Below, one piece after another: positions 40,070 to 50,719 of a stretch of 64,000 nt of DNA. Numbering within the stretch: position 1 is the first letter of the stretch; each line of letters opens with the position of its first letter. The notes below the pieces were generated by a model. It made no database searches, was not told the origin of the DNA, and saw only the letters and a list, made by a program, of their open reading frames with translations. The stretch is taken from contig CAXXIN010000009.1 in assembly GCA_963665275.2 (NCBI GenBank), positions 32,001 through 96,000 on the forward strand. Direction: 5' to 3'. The position numbers and the translations under genes were made by a program. Source of the DNA: Negativicutes bacterium. Its GTDB lineage: Bacteria > Bacillota > Negativicutes > UBA1444.

Positions 40070-41102
40070 TCAAAATACATTCAATCGAAGCAAATCCTTG
40101 AACGTCGCATACAACATCAACAAGCCCAACAAAGCCATCCCCACCATCTGGATATAACGAACCTGGCCCGAAGTCAACGGCTTGCGTCGGACCGCTTCAA
40201 CCAGCAGCGTTGCGATATGTCCACCATCGAGCAACGGTACCGGCAGCAGATTGATCAGCCCCAAATTGATACTGAGAAAGGCCGCAAACTGAAGCAGCGG
40301 TATGAACCCAAGCTGAGCCATCTCACCGGTCATTCTCATAACGCCAATGGGGCCGGCGATATCGGCTTCCGCCTTGCCCGTGAACATCTGCCCTATGCCC
40401 GAAAGCATTTTCCCGGCTATGATATAGGTATGCTTGACAGAAAGTGAAACGGATTCAAAAAAGCCGGAATCTGGCGGTCAATGACCGGAACGATACCGAT
40501 CAATGCCCTACCTGATTTGGGTTCTGTTTCCGGAATCATGGTCACAGTGCGCGTCTTGCCATCTTTCGTGCGCATTTCGAGCGTCAGGGAGTCTTTTGAC
40601 ACACGAATGGTGTCCACCACTTGCATCCATGTTCCCACTGGCGCCCCATTGACCTTTAGTACCGTATCTCCGACGGAAATGCCGGACTGAATGGCCGGTT
40701 TCCCAGGAATCAAGGCTCCGATCACCGGTTTGTCGGAAACGGTTTCGATGCCGTTGGCAAGAAACACAATGGTAAACAGCACAACAGGCAACACAAAATT
40801 CATCAGCGAACCAGCTGCAATAACAAGGGCCCTCGCCCATACCGGCTTGCTCGAAAAAGAGCGTTCGTCCTGTTCTTCGTCTGGATCCATACCATCAATT
40901 TTATTTAAACCCACCGAGGGGAATCATGCGCACGGAGTATTCCGTTTCACCGCGCTTTTTCCATAGCAGCTTAGGTCCAAAACCGATCGCGAACTCGCTC
41001 ACTCGCATCCCTGTGAGCTTGGCGGTGACAAAGTGTCCCAGTTCATGCCACCAGGACAAGCATTCCAAAAACAAAAATCGTGGCTAGTATCGTGATGATC
41101 AT
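40070..41102 (-). CDS. rseP: RIP metalloprotease RseP/RasP, frameshifted (probable sequencing errors)
   Basis: ATG at 41102; HELGH, IPLGGF, PDZ domain and [11 protein letters not shown]. Indels near 41047, 40905 and 40463. Confidence 0.9.
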
Positions 41103-42272
41103 TACTTAACCGCCTTGTTGACAAATTTGTCCGCTGTACGCCGTGCCCATGCATCGGCCATCAAGTAGTCTTCCAGGACTGGATTCTCGCTCCCGGTATG
41201 CATTGCCAACACGTCTTCCACTTACACGGATCATGTCCGTGAAGTGAATTTTCCCATCGATAAAAGCCTGGACCCCTACCTCATTGGCTGCGTTCATCAC
41301 GCAGGGAAACGTGCTGCCCTGCCGTCCGGCCTCGTACGCCCAACGGCAACGCGCGAAAAGTTTCCAGGTCAGGTGGCTCAAAATTAAGAGCCATGGACTG
41401 CGTAAAATCCATGCGGGTAAACGCATTATCCAAACGGGCCCCCCTGATTCAGGGCATACTGGATGGGCAGTTTCATATCCGGCACTCCAAGTTGGGCTTT
41501 GACTGAACCGTCAACAAACTCAACCATGGAATGGACGATACTCTGGGGATGGACCACCCACGTCAATCCGATCATAGTCGATGTCGAACAGCCAGCGCGC
41601 CCTCAATTACTTCCAATCCCTTATTCATCAAGGTAGCAGAGTCAATCGTTATTTTGCGTCCCATGGTCCAATTGGGATGCTTCAGACACTCCTGTAAGGT
41701 AACCGTCTGCAATTCCTGAAGCTTTTTCCCGCGGAATGGTCCCGCCGGAAGCGGTCAGCAACAAACGCCCGCACTCCAGGTGCAGCTTCGCCAGACAGGC
41801 ATTGAGCAATTGCACAGTGTTCGCTGTCCACAGGGACCACTGTAACCTTTTTTTCCGCAGCAAGCCGCATCACCAGTTCTCCGGCGGCAACCAACGTTTC
41901 CTTGTTGGCTATCGCCAGTGTTTTTGCCTGCCTTGATGCAGGCGATGGAAGGCGCCAGACCGGCAAATCCGACCAACGAATTGAGGACTACATTTGCCTC
42001 TGGATAAGCCCGCCGCCTCCAAAAGGGCCGCAGACCCTATTCGGAAATCCAGTCCGGCCGGGATTCCTTCTGACCACAAATTGCTTCCCGGACGCATCAT
42101 CAACCAACACGGCCAAATCAGGGTGAAACTGCTGTATCTGTTGCCGCAGCAACCGATGATTGGAATGAGCCGCAACGGCACACAACCGAAACAGTCCAGG
42201 GTTGGCAGCGATGACATCAAGCGTTTGTGTCCCAATCGAACCGGTACTGCCAAGAATCGCGACGTTGATCAT
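41102..42272 (-). CDS. dxr: 1-deoxy-D-xylulose-5-phosphate reductoisomerase, multiply frameshifted (probable sequencing errors)
   Basis: [36 protein letters not shown] and MNAANEV appear in successive frames; the stop overlaps the rseP start (TAATG). Confidence 0.9.
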
Positions 42273-42292
42273 GCAATAGCCCCTTCCCCTAA

Positions 42293-43084
42293 TTAACGAA
42301 CTGCTACAAAAAGCAAATAATAATAAACGGCTGGAACCGAAAATAAGAGACTGTCCACTCTGTCCAAAACACCCCCGTGCCCTGGAAAAAACCGACCCGA
42401 ATCTTTTACGCCCATGTGCCGTTTGAATGCCGACTCCACTAAATCACCGAGTTGACAGGAGATTCCGACCACGCTGCCGCACAAAACGCTATCAGTCCAC
42501 CCGAGCTGCATATAATGTCCAGCGACCAACGCCGCAACAATACAACCCAAAAAGCCAAAGGCCGCGCCTTCCACACTCTTGGCCGGGCTGATGCTCGGAC
42601 ATAACTTGTGGCGACCCCAACGGGTTCCGCCGAAATAGGCTACAGTATCGCAAGCCCAGGTTCCCAACATGGCCACCGCAAAATATTTCATGCCCAAGCT
42701 GCCGGGAAAAAGCCGCAAAGCGATAAAATGCGCGAAGGGAACACCAATATAAAATATGCCCAGTATACTATATGAAGCATCTGACAAGGCAAACCGATCA
42801 TTCTGCAATACCGTCATTGAAAGGATGAAAAAAAGTGCGGCAAAAGAGAGAGGCGCCAACTGTGCCAAGCCATACTGCCAGGAAATGCCGACGAGGGCAG
42901 CTACACAAGTTCCCCCAATCAAAGCTGCTGGCCGCAGCGACTTCGTTTTCATCATTTGCACATATTCATACCAAGCCGCAAGAGCCAAAAACATCATTCC
43001 AAGCGCGAAAACGAAGCCCCCCTGCCAAAATAAATATAAGGCAACAGGTGTAGCAACTAACGCAGTCAAGATTCTAGTTCCCAG
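42293..43084 (-). CDS. cdsA: Phosphatidate cytidylyltransferase
   Basis: Multi-TM protein with WACDTVAYFGG, SPAKSVEG, GDLVESAFKR, PGHGGVLDRVDS. Start uncertain (CTG at 43084 after AGGAGG, or TTG at 43069). Confidence 0.93.
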   Translation of the reverse strand: MGTRILTALVATPVALYLFWQGGFVFALGMMFLALAAWYEYVQMMKTKSLRPAALIGGTCVAALVGISWQYGLAQLAPLSFAALFFILSMTVLQNDRFALSDASYSILGIFYIGVPFAHFIALRLFPGSLGMKYFAVAMLGTWACDTVAYFGGTRWGRHKLCPSISPAKSVEGAAFGFLGCIVAALVAGHYMQLGWTDSVLCGSVVGISCQLGDLVESAFKRHMGVKDSGRFFPGHGGVLDRVDSLLFSVPAVYYYLLFVAVR

Positions 43085-43095
43085 TACAATTCCTC

Positions 43096-43872
43096 CTATT
43101 TTTGGGGCTTCAAGCCGCCAAAACGACGATCTCTGTTCTGAAAATCATGAATTGCCTGATGAAAATGATGAGGAGTAAAATCGGGCCACAACACCTCGGT
43201 GATCCACAACTCTGCATAGGCAAGCTGCCACAACAAAAAATTACTGATCCGCATGTCACCGCCCGGACGAATCAAAAGATCGGGATCCGGTTGATCATGG
43301 GTAAAAAGGGCTCTGGCGAAAGTTTTTTCGTCTATATCTCTAACGGAAAGATGCCCATCCAATACTTCTTGCGCCAATTTTTGCGCAGCCTGGACGATTT
43401 CTGCCCGACCGCCGTAATCAACGGCCAGATTCAATGTGATTCCGGTCCCTTGCGCCGTCCTAGCTTCTGCCTCTTCGATCCGTCGGCGTAGCTCTGGACT
43501 CAATCGAACGGTACTCCCGATGAAACGAAGTTGCACTTGATTTTCAATCAAGTACTTTACTTCATTATCCAGATAATTCGAAAATAAATCCATCAGAAAA
43601 TCTACCTCATCGAGAGGACGGCGCCAGTTTTCGGTGGAAAATGCGTAGGCGGTCAAATACCTGATTCCCAAACCCGACGCATCAGTCAAAATTGACCGAA
43701 GGACTTCCGCGCCCGCCTTGTGGCCAAATGTTCGCGGCAACCCTCTTTTTTGAGCCCAACGGCCATTTCCATCCATTATAATCGCCACATGCTGCGGAAT
43801 TTTTCCCGAATCCAGGGTAAGCGAATCGTTACCAGGAACCGGTTTTCGACGTTGCCAAAACTTTGGACTCAA
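43096..43872 (-). CDS. uppS: Undecaprenyl diphosphate synthase
   Basis: HVAIIMDGNGRWA, AFSTENWRRP, RISNFLLWQ, RDRRFGG; TTG at 43872 after AAAGGAG. Confidence 0.95.
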   Translation of the reverse strand: MSPKFWQRRKPVPGNDSLTLDSGKIPQHVAIIMDGNGRWAQKRGLPRTFGHKAGAEVLRSILTDASGLGIRYLTAYAFSTENWRRPLDEVDFLMDLFSNYLDNEVKYLIENQVQLRFIGSTVRLSPELRRRIEEAEARTAQGTGITLNLAVDYGGRAEIVQAAQKLAQEVLDGHLSVRDIDEKTFARALFTHDQPDPDLLIRPGGDMRISNFLLWQLAYAELWITEVLWPDFTPHHFHQAIHDFQNRDRRFGGLKPQK

Positions 43873-43903
43873 ACGAATCTCTCCTTTATATTCCCAATAA
43901 GGG

Positions 43904-43929
43904 GAAACCCCCTCCGAGGAGGGGGTTTC
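43904..43929 (-). other. Strong GC-rich hairpin directly after the ferredoxin stop codon
   Basis: Perfect inverted repeat GAAACCCCCTCC-GA-GGAGGGGGTTTC with no clean U-tract. Confidence 0.6.
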
Positions 43930-43931
43930 GA

Positions 43932-44099
43932 TCAAGGAGCTTCGATTGCGGATACCGGACAAACCGCCGCACATGCTCCACACTCAACGCATACGTCTTC
44001 CTCGATAACGTAGGGAGTGCCTTCCTTGATCGCGCCAACCGGACAGGTTGAAGCACAAGTGCCGCACGAGACACAGGTGTCGTTAATTTTATAGGCCAA
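43932..44099 (-). CDS. Clostridial-type 2[4Fe-4S] ferredoxin
   Basis: 55 aa MAYKINDTCVSCGTCASTCP...CVECGACAAVCP with two CxxCxxCxxxCP motifs; TTG after AAGGAGGTG. Confidence 0.95.
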   Translation of the reverse strand: MAYKINDTCVSCGTCASTCPVGAIKEGTPYVIEEDVCVECGACAAVCPVSAIEAP

Positions 44100-44101
44100 T
44101 T

Positions 44102-44314
44102 TCACTGCACCTCCTTTCCCATCTTTGCCGCAACCACCAAATAGCATATACCGTCAACATATCGTTGCCGCAACACATATTGGCAATCACCCATTAGTTG
44201 GAATTTATTAGAACATGGGCTGGTTTTGACAATTTGAACCTCAACGCCCGCCTTGTTCAAAACCTTACCCGCTGCGGCAATTGGCATCATCAGAACATCA
44301 GGTGTGGAAATCAT
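44102..44314 (-). CDS. Small hypothetical protein (N-terminus loosely PASTA-like)
   Basis: 70-aa ORF that exactly fills the frr-ferredoxin gap; ATGA overlap with frr. Confidence 0.6.
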   Translation of the reverse strand: MISTPDVLMMPIAAAGKVLNKAGVEVQIVKTSPCSNKFQLMGDCQYVLRQRYVDGICYLVVAAKMGKEVQ

Positions 44315-44871
44315 ACTTCCATGATTTCTTTTTCTTTAGTGAGCATCACCTGATCAATTTCTTTGATGTATTTGTCAGTCAATTTTTGAATATCTTCTTG
44401 CGCCTTTTTCACTTCATCTTCGGATGCAGTTTTGTCTTTTTCGATTTTTTTCAGATCTTCATTGGCATCACGTCGAAGGTTGCGGATTGCGACACGGCTA
44501 TCTTCCGCAGTTTTATGTACGACTTTTGTCAGTTCCTGGCGTCGCTGTTGCGTCAGTTGCGGCAGTATGAGGCGGATAACCATGCCGTCATTATTGGGGG
44601 TCAATCCAAGATCTGATTTCAGAACAGCCTTTTCAATAATTGGCAAGGATTTTTTGTCCCACGGCTGAATCACAATCGTTCGAGGCTCAGGAATCGAGAT
44701 GTTCGCCACTTGATTTATGGGCGACTGTGTTCCATAATAATCAATGGTGATTTTGTCCAGGAGTCCAGTCGTCGCACGTCCGGCCCGCAAAGTTGCATAC
44801 TCGCGTCGAAGCACTTCAATGGCTTTTTTCATGCGGCCTTCATGTGATGAAAAAACTTCTTTAATTGGCAC
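44311..44871 (-). CDS. frr: Ribosome recycling factor
   Basis: LRAGRA, SDLGLTPNNDG, RVAIRNLRRDA, KEKEIMEV. Confidence 0.97.
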   Translation of the reverse strand: MPIKEVFSSHEGRMKKAIEVLRREYATLRAGRATTGLLDKITIDYYGTQSPINQVANISIPEPRTIVIQPWDKKSLPIIEKAVLKSDLGLTPNNDGMVIRLILPQLTQQRRQELTKVVHKTAEDSRVAIRNLRRDANEDLKKIEKDKTASEDEVKKAQEDIQKLTDKYIKEIDQVMLTKEKEIMEV

Positions 44872-44873
44872 GT

Positions 44874-45598
<725 letters not shown>

Positions 45599-45620
45599 TA
45601 TTTAACCCCCGTTCGTTACT

Positions 45621-45649
45621 ATATTCTACGAGGAGATTTGAATTCCTTC
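45621..45649 (-). promoter_or_regulatory. Sigma-H-type promoter upstream of pyrH
   Basis: Minus strand GAAGGAATT-N11-GTAGAATAT. Confidence 0.65.
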
Positions 45650-45651
45650 CG

Positions 45652-45683
45652 AAAAAGAGAGAACACGGAAGTGTTCTCTCTTT
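45652..45683 (-). terminator. Intrinsic terminator after tsf
   Basis: AAAGAGAGAACAC-GGAA-GTGTTCTCTCTTT stem; the minus strand ends in a T5 run. Confidence 0.75.
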
Positions 45684-45699
45684 GCGTTTGTCGTGTCGG

Positions 45700-46347
45700 T
45701 TATTTTTTTACAGCGCTTGCAACTTCCGCGGCAAAATCCGAAACTTTCTTTTCGAGCCCTTCGCCCATCTGATAACGTACAAAGCGTCGAACTATGATAT
45801 TTTCACCAATCTTCGAAATTTGTCCGTTAACAATATCGGTTACCGATTTGTCAGGATCCTTAATGAAAGCCTGTTCCAGCAGACAATTCTCTGCATAGAA
45901 CTTATTGACACGGCCTTCCACCATTTTATCGATAATTTTCTCTGGTTTCCCTTCATTGAGGGCCTGTGCTCGTAGCACCTCACGTTCATGATCCAGAATA
46001 CTCAGCGGAACTTCATCCCGTGAAAGATATGCGGGATTGGCTGCAGCAATCTGCATGGCCAGATCGCGCACGAAGGAGTGAAATTCCGTTGTTTTGGCTA
46101 CAAAGTCAGTTTCGCAGTTTACTTCGATCATAACACCAATCTTGCCGCCAGCGTGAATATAAGATTCAACGATACCTTCCGCGGCAATACGGCCAGATTT
46201 TTTTGCAGCGGCAGCCAGCCCTTTTTCCCGGAGATAATCAATCGCTTTTTCCATATCACCGTTCGTTTCAACCAACGCTTTTTTACAATCCATCATGCCA
46301 GCGCAGGTAGTCTCGCGAAGTTCTTTAACCTGTTGTGCAGTTATCAT
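45700..46347 (-). CDS. tsf: Elongation factor Ts (short form)
   Basis: [29 protein letters not shown]. Confidence 0.97.
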   Translation of the reverse strand: MITAQQVKELRETTCAGMMDCKKALVETNGDMEKAIDYLREKGLAAAAKKSGRIAAEGIVESYIHAGGKIGVMIEVNCETDFVAKTTEFHSFVRDLAMQIAAANPAYLSRDEVPLSILDHEREVLRAQALNEGKPEKIIDKMVEGRVNKFYAENCLLEQAFIKDPDKSVTDIVNGQISKIGENIIVRRFVRYQMGEGLEKKVSDFAAEVASAVKK

Positions 46348-46377
46348 TCTATATTCCTCCTATGCCAGCGCAGAACG

Positions 46378-47104
46378 CTATTCTTGTATGGCTGCAGCAA
46401 CGTCTTCCATTTCCAGCTGCTCACCCTGACGACCTTCAAGAATGGCATCGGCCATGCGGGCGGTGAGCAATTTGACGGCGCGAATTGCATCGTCGTTGGC
46501 AGGAATGACGTAATCGATCAAATCAGGATCACAGTTGGTATCCACGATGCCGACAACAGGGATTCCCAGTTTCCTGGCTTCCTGAACAGCGATTTCTTCT
46601 TTGCGCGGATCGATGACAAACAAGGCGCCTGGCAGTTTATTCATGGTCTTAATGCCGCCGAGGAATTTTTGCAGCCGCTCCATTTCATGACGCAGTTGCA
46701 GAACTTCTTTCTTGTGCAGACCAGCAAAACCATCGTTGGCATCCATCTCTTCCAGTTGGCGCAAACGAGATACCCGACGTTGGATCGTTTGGAAAATTGG
46801 TCAACATACCTCCGAGCCAACGCTCATTTACGAAAAACATGTTGCAGCGCAACGCTTCATCTCTGACAGCTTCCTGCGCTTGTTTTTTGGTCCCGACGAA
46901 CAGTACTGTCTTTCCTTCCTGAGAAATGCTGCGGACAAAATTATAAGCATCTTCCACTTTCCTGACAGTTTTCTGCAGGTCAATGATGTAGATGCCGTTT
47001 CGCTCCGTAAAAATGTACGGAGCCATTTTGGGATTCCATCTCCTGGTCTGGTGACCAAAATGAACCCCTGCCTCTAGAAGTTGTTTCATGGATATAACGG
47101 ACAT
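46378..47104 (-). CDS. rpsB: 30S ribosomal protein S2, one frameshift (probable sequencing error)
   Basis: [29 protein letters not shown], then DTNCDPD and [10 protein letters not shown] in another frame. One extra base in the A4 run at 46793-46796. Confidence 0.96.
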
Positions 47105-47114
47105 AAGGCACCTC

Positions 47115-47200
47115 CTGTTTTTCCTCCGTGGTGTCCGTTCTCCGCTCGCACCGCAAAATATGCGGCACAGGATCAACGGCGGACTACCACGTGTGTCATT
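47115..47200 (-). promoter_or_regulatory. rpsB (S2) autoregulatory leader
   Basis: Minus strand ACACACGTGGT...GGTGC...ACCACGGAGG, with a long stem closing at the RBS; typical Firmicutes rpsB leader layout. Confidence 0.65.
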
Positions 47201-47215
47201 AACACGTCGGACTAT

Positions 47216-47244
47216 ATTCTACCATACCGCCGCCGCAACGGCAA
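47216..47244 (-). promoter_or_regulatory. Sigma-A promoter of rpsB-tsf
   Basis: Minus strand TTGCCG-N17-TAGAAT with an extended TG. Confidence 0.6.
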
Positions 47245-47257
47245 GCATCAGAATCTT

Positions 47258-47941
47258 TCAAAGGGCAGCCTTCTTTCTCAGCTTCAACAGCAACATGACT
47301 TCCCCTTTACCGATGCCCATTTTTTGAGCAATATCTATTACCGAGAACCCCTGTTCCGCCATGTCGAGGATAGTTGCACGTTTATCCTGGACTGGCGGAT
47401 TGTTGGCTACTTTGGCTACTGCTGGAGCCTTCGATATTTTGGCCACTTTGGGTTTTGGCGGCTCAGGCTGCTCTAACATCTCTCGGGGGCTTTCTACCGG
47501 CTGTACGAATGCCTGCGGAGCGATCTCAACAGGCATCACGTTGGCGACAGGTTGGCTTCTTTCCAAGGCTTGCTGACGGAGTGAAAAATCTTTTTCAAGC
47601 TGTTGACGTTGCATTTGAAACCAGACAGCTTGCTGCTGTTGCTGCTGCTCACTCTGTAGCTGCTGCATCTGAAGCTGTTTGATTTGTTGAGCCAAAATGT
47701 TGCTGCGCCGATCAATTTCTGACAGCAAAATCTCCATCTGCGCTATTTTTCCATCAAGTCGGTCCACCGCAGAATCCGCCGTCATTAAAATTTGCTCCTG
47801 CATCTGTTCAACAGGACCGGAGAAACTGCCGGATACCCGCTGGACTGCTTTGCTCCTGCGAACAGCAAACCATACGATGACACAGGCGACACATAGTGCC
47901 AATAACGCAAGCGTAACAGTGAGCATGTTTCCTCCAGTCAT
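47258..47941 (-). CDS. SwrB/YlxL-like (DUF6115/DUF2802-like) membrane protein ending the fla/che operon
   Basis: N-terminal TM helix, Gln-rich coiled coil, and C-terminal AEQGFSVIDIAQKMGIGKGEVMLLLKL helix-turn-helix-like motif. Confidence 0.75.
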   Translation of the reverse strand: MTGGNMLTVTLALLALCVACVIVWFAVRRSKAVQRVSGSFSGPVEQMQEQILMTADSAVDRLDGKIAQMEILLSEIDRRSNILAQQIKQLQMQQLQSEQQQQQQAVWFQMQRQQLEKDFSLRQQALERSQPVANVMPVEIAPQAFVQPVESPREMLEQPEPPKPKVAKISKAPAVAKVANNPPVQDKRATILDMAEQGFSVIDIAQKMGIGKGEVMLLLKLRKKAAL

Positions 47942-48291
47942 GTCTTGATATCAATGGTGTGCCCGCGCAGAGGATCCGTCGGCAGCGCGAAAATTTTCAG
48001 GTTGCCATTGTCCAAATCGGCATCGTCCGAGAGCTCATCTTCTTTCTTGCCCTCATACTGCCGCCGTTCTTTTTGCTTTTCACGTTCCAAGTCCTCTGTG
48101 GTCACCTTCCCATCCTGTTGGGTAGATAATTTTGTCTGAACTTGGTGCTGCTGCGCATCTACCGTCTGTTTCAACCGAACTGACAATTGCTGCTGTTGAG
48201 TGACAGCCTGCTGTTCATGGATTGTCGCAGTTTTCGCCGCATCCAGCGTGCGAGGCATCATGACTTGTAAATCCATGGGTCGAATGTACAA
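47938..48291 (-). CDS. Hypothetical flagellar-operon protein
   Basis: 117 aa, IRPMDLQVMMPRT...GHTIDIKT; RBS present and ATGA overlap with the next gene. Confidence 0.7.
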   Translation of the reverse strand: MYIRPMDLQVMMPRTLDAAKTATIHEQQAVTQQQQLSVRLKQTVDAQQHQVQTKLSTQQDGKVTTEDLEREKQKERRQYEGKKEDELSDDADLDNGNLKIFALPTDPLRGHTIDIKT

Positions 48292-48333
48292 ATTTCACCC
48301 CTCCACACATACTGCGCCGTAATCAGATAAAAA

Positions 48334-49947
48334 TCACTTAAAGGGTCTAAATTTAATTTCTCCTGCTTCGGCGTAATAAGTTACAAAACGCACTTCTTGC
48401 TGGATCGGCTTAACTAGAGAACCAATCGTGATTTTCACACCTGGAAATACATAATCGGAAATCTTGATTTGCCCGCTCCGGAGCTCCTCGTAAGCAGTTT
48501 CCAGCTCCCCTAATCTTTTTCGCATCGATTCAACCTGACCCATGGTTGTGAACTGGGCACGGGTAATTTTCAGCAACAGTTCTTTCTTCTCCGGCGGCAT
48601 TTGGCCCTGATCCATTGACCTCAACGTGAAAAGCCCTTTTTGAAGCTGATCCAGACTGACTTCGGCATTTTTCAGGTCTTTACGCAGAGCAAAATATTCT
48701 TCGCGAAGCTTGGGGTTCACGCCAGCCTGCAAATCCGTGGGGGTAGCGGAAGTAGATCCTGCCGATTTCAAAATAATTTCATCACCCGCGGCGGCAATGC
48801 CGCCAACGATCTGCCCCCGTCGGCCCTCCACTCGAATTTTCTTGCCGGCGCTCAGTTGGCTTTGCAGCACTACGTCAGTAACCAAGATATCATGATCTGC
48901 AACGACTTTGGCGTTTTCCACAAACTTAGCTGCAACAGATCCTGAAGCTTTCAAGAGTGTTTTATTTAAGCCGATGACCCCCATACGAACTGTTATGTTG
49001 GCGCCCTCGACGCACCCGCCGCTAACCATGCCTGCCACATCGACATTTCCACCTGCAATGACCGAAAATCCTTCCTGCACCGAACCCTGAATGACAACAT
49101 CACCAGCAAAATTAATGTTTCCGGTGGATAAGTCTACATCACCCTTGATTTGAAGGATCGGGGATATTGACATTTTCCCACCAATCATGATCAAATTCCC
49201 GCCTACAGCAGCGACCAGCTTTACATCATCAACAACCTGAACATTGGCCCCTGGATGCAGTACAAGATCTTTTCCTGCTCGCGCCGCCACCGAGTTTCCG
49301 CAAACATCCGCTCCGGAAACTCCCGGAGTTGGAGGAACTTTTTCAGCCAGTATCTGGCCTTTTTCCACACTAATATATAAGCCCAGGTTTTTAAAATCCA
49401 CGCCGCCATCTTCTGTCTCCGCAGGTTTTCCCCGATTCTCAAGATCAACATGAACTATAAGGGACGCATCCGTTCCGTTTTCGGGCTGAGTCCCGGTTGC
49501 ACAAAGAACACGTAGACCGGGTTGTCGCAGTGCAGCCACAAGGGAATCCGTAATAACACCAGATACGATTCCTGCTTTTTCAATGCGAGCCATTATCAGC
49601 TCCATATCCGGTTTGCTAGCGCCCTCCGGAACATCAATCTGCAAAAAAGCTTCCATCCTGTCGCGGGAAACAACTACACTAATCTCAGCAACCGGTTTTT
49701 CTTTTTGTGGTTCCGCGATTCTGACCGCTTCAGAATTTTGCAGACGAACGGCTTCCTCGACAGCCAAGCGATTAAAGACAAGGATGTGTTGTTCGGTCAG
49801 TACATCCAGAACCTGTCCTATTTCAACCGGCCCGTCGCCCTCGGAAATGGGGGATACACTGAGATAAACGCCATCATCTCGCACTTGAACGGAAAAACCC
49901 GCATTGATCGATTCCACAGCAGCATCTCCTTCAACCGACACTCTCAA
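48334..49947 (-). CDS. FapA/DUF342 family flagellar assembly protein
   Basis: GDVDLSTGNINFAGDVVIQGSV beta-helix repeats, GQIVGG, VFPGVKITIG. The start may be the GTG at 49917. Confidence 0.88.
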   Translation of the reverse strand: MRVSVEGDAAVESINAGFSVQVRDDGVYLSVSPISEGDGPVEIGQVLDVLTEQHILVFNRLAVEEAVRLQNSEAVRIAEPQKEKPVAEISVVVSRDRMEAFLQIDVPEGASKPDMELIMARIEKAGIVSGVITDSLVAALRQPGLRVLCATGTQPENGTDASLIVHVDLENRGKPAETEDGGVDFKNLGLYISVEKGQILAEKVPPTPGVSGADVCGNSVAARAGKDLVLHPGANVQVVDDVKLVAAVGGNLIMIGGKMSISPILQIKGDVDLSTGNINFAGDVVIQGSVQEGFSVIAGGNVDVAGMVSGGCVEGANITVRMGVIGLNKTLLKASGSVAAKFVENAKVVADHDILVTDVVLQSQLSAGKKIRVEGRRGQIVGGIAAAGDEIILKSAGSTSATPTDLQAGVNPKLREEYFALRKDLKNAEVSLDQLQKGLFTLRSMDQGQMPPEKKELLLKITRAQFTTMGQVESMRKRLGELETAYEELRSGQIKISDYVFPGVKITIGSLVKPIQQEVRFVTYYAEAGEIKFRPFK

Positions 49948-50693
49948 ATTAAGCTTGATTTAATGCGCGCCAAAGCGCCTCTAAGTCGAAACACGGCTTT
50001 CGTGTGAAGTTGGGAAATCCGGGCCTCGGACAACTTCAAAATCAGGCTTATTTCTTTGAGTGTCAATCCCTCATAATAATAAAGGGATACAACGATTTTT
50101 TCCTTTTCCGGCAGCTTATTGATCGCATTTACCAGAGAGGCTTTAACTTCGCCGATTTCGGCATGTTCGCTGGGGCTTGCGGCTACATCGGCCAAAGTAT
50201 CACTGTGCGTATAGTCTTCAAGCGGCATAATGGTTGTCGCCTGCAACTGTCCAATGAATTGATTGAATTCCTGAGAATCCATATGCATGGCTTCGGCAAT
50301 TTCACCATCGCTGGCCGAGCGACCGAGTTGTTGCTCCAATTCCGCCATTGTCTTGGTATAGGTGCGGGCTTTTTGACGTACAGAAACAGGAATCCAATCC
50401 TGTGCCCGGATCGCATCCAGAATCGCGCCGCGAATTCGCACCACCGCATAGGTTTCGAATTTAAAGCCTCTTTGGGGATCGAAACGTTCCAGCGCCTCAA
50501 GCAATCCAAAATAACCATTGCTGATCAGCTCTTCCCGCTCGACATACTGCGGCATGCCCATAGCAATTCGTCCAGCGACAACCTTAACCAAAGGCAGGTA
50601 CTGGTTTACCAGCTTTTCCCTAAGTTCAGGACTATGATCAATTTGATAAGACAACCATAAGCCTTCTATCTCTTTACCCTGGATTTTTCCCAC
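49944..50693 (-). CDS. fliA: Flagellar sigma factor FliA/SigD
   Basis: FETYAVVRIRGAILDAIRAQDW, LYYYEGLTLKEISLILKLSEARISQLH. Confidence 0.93.
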   Translation of the reverse strand: MGKIQGKEIEGLWLSYQIDHSPELREKLVNQYLPLVKVVAGRIAMGMPQYVEREELISNGYFGLLEALERFDPQRGFKFETYAVVRIRGAILDAIRAQDWIPVSVRQKARTYTKTMAELEQQLGRSASDGEIAEAMHMDSQEFNQFIGQLQATTIMPLEDYTHSDTLADVAASPSEHAEIGEVKASLVNAINKLPEKEKIVVSLYYYEGLTLKEISLILKLSEARISQLHTKAVFRLRGALARIKSSLI

Positions 50694-50719
50694 CTCCGGC
50701 GCGAAAATGATAGTAACGA

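Noticed and set aside
43873-43983. N-terminal extension of uppS overlapping the ferredoxin
   Set aside because: Longest-ORF artefact; a good RBS precedes the TTG at 43872. The same applies to the extended starts of infB, rnj, rpsO, recA, rimP, dut and rpsB.
45661-45676. GAAC...GTTC palindrome resembling an SOS box
   Set aside because: The spacer is 8 nt, not 4, and it forms the stem of the tsf terminator.
47625-47680. CAG/CAA trinucleotide runs (also 63960-64000)
   Set aside because: They encode poly-Gln in coiled-coil or linker regions; imperfect and in frame, so not a repeat array or CRISPR.
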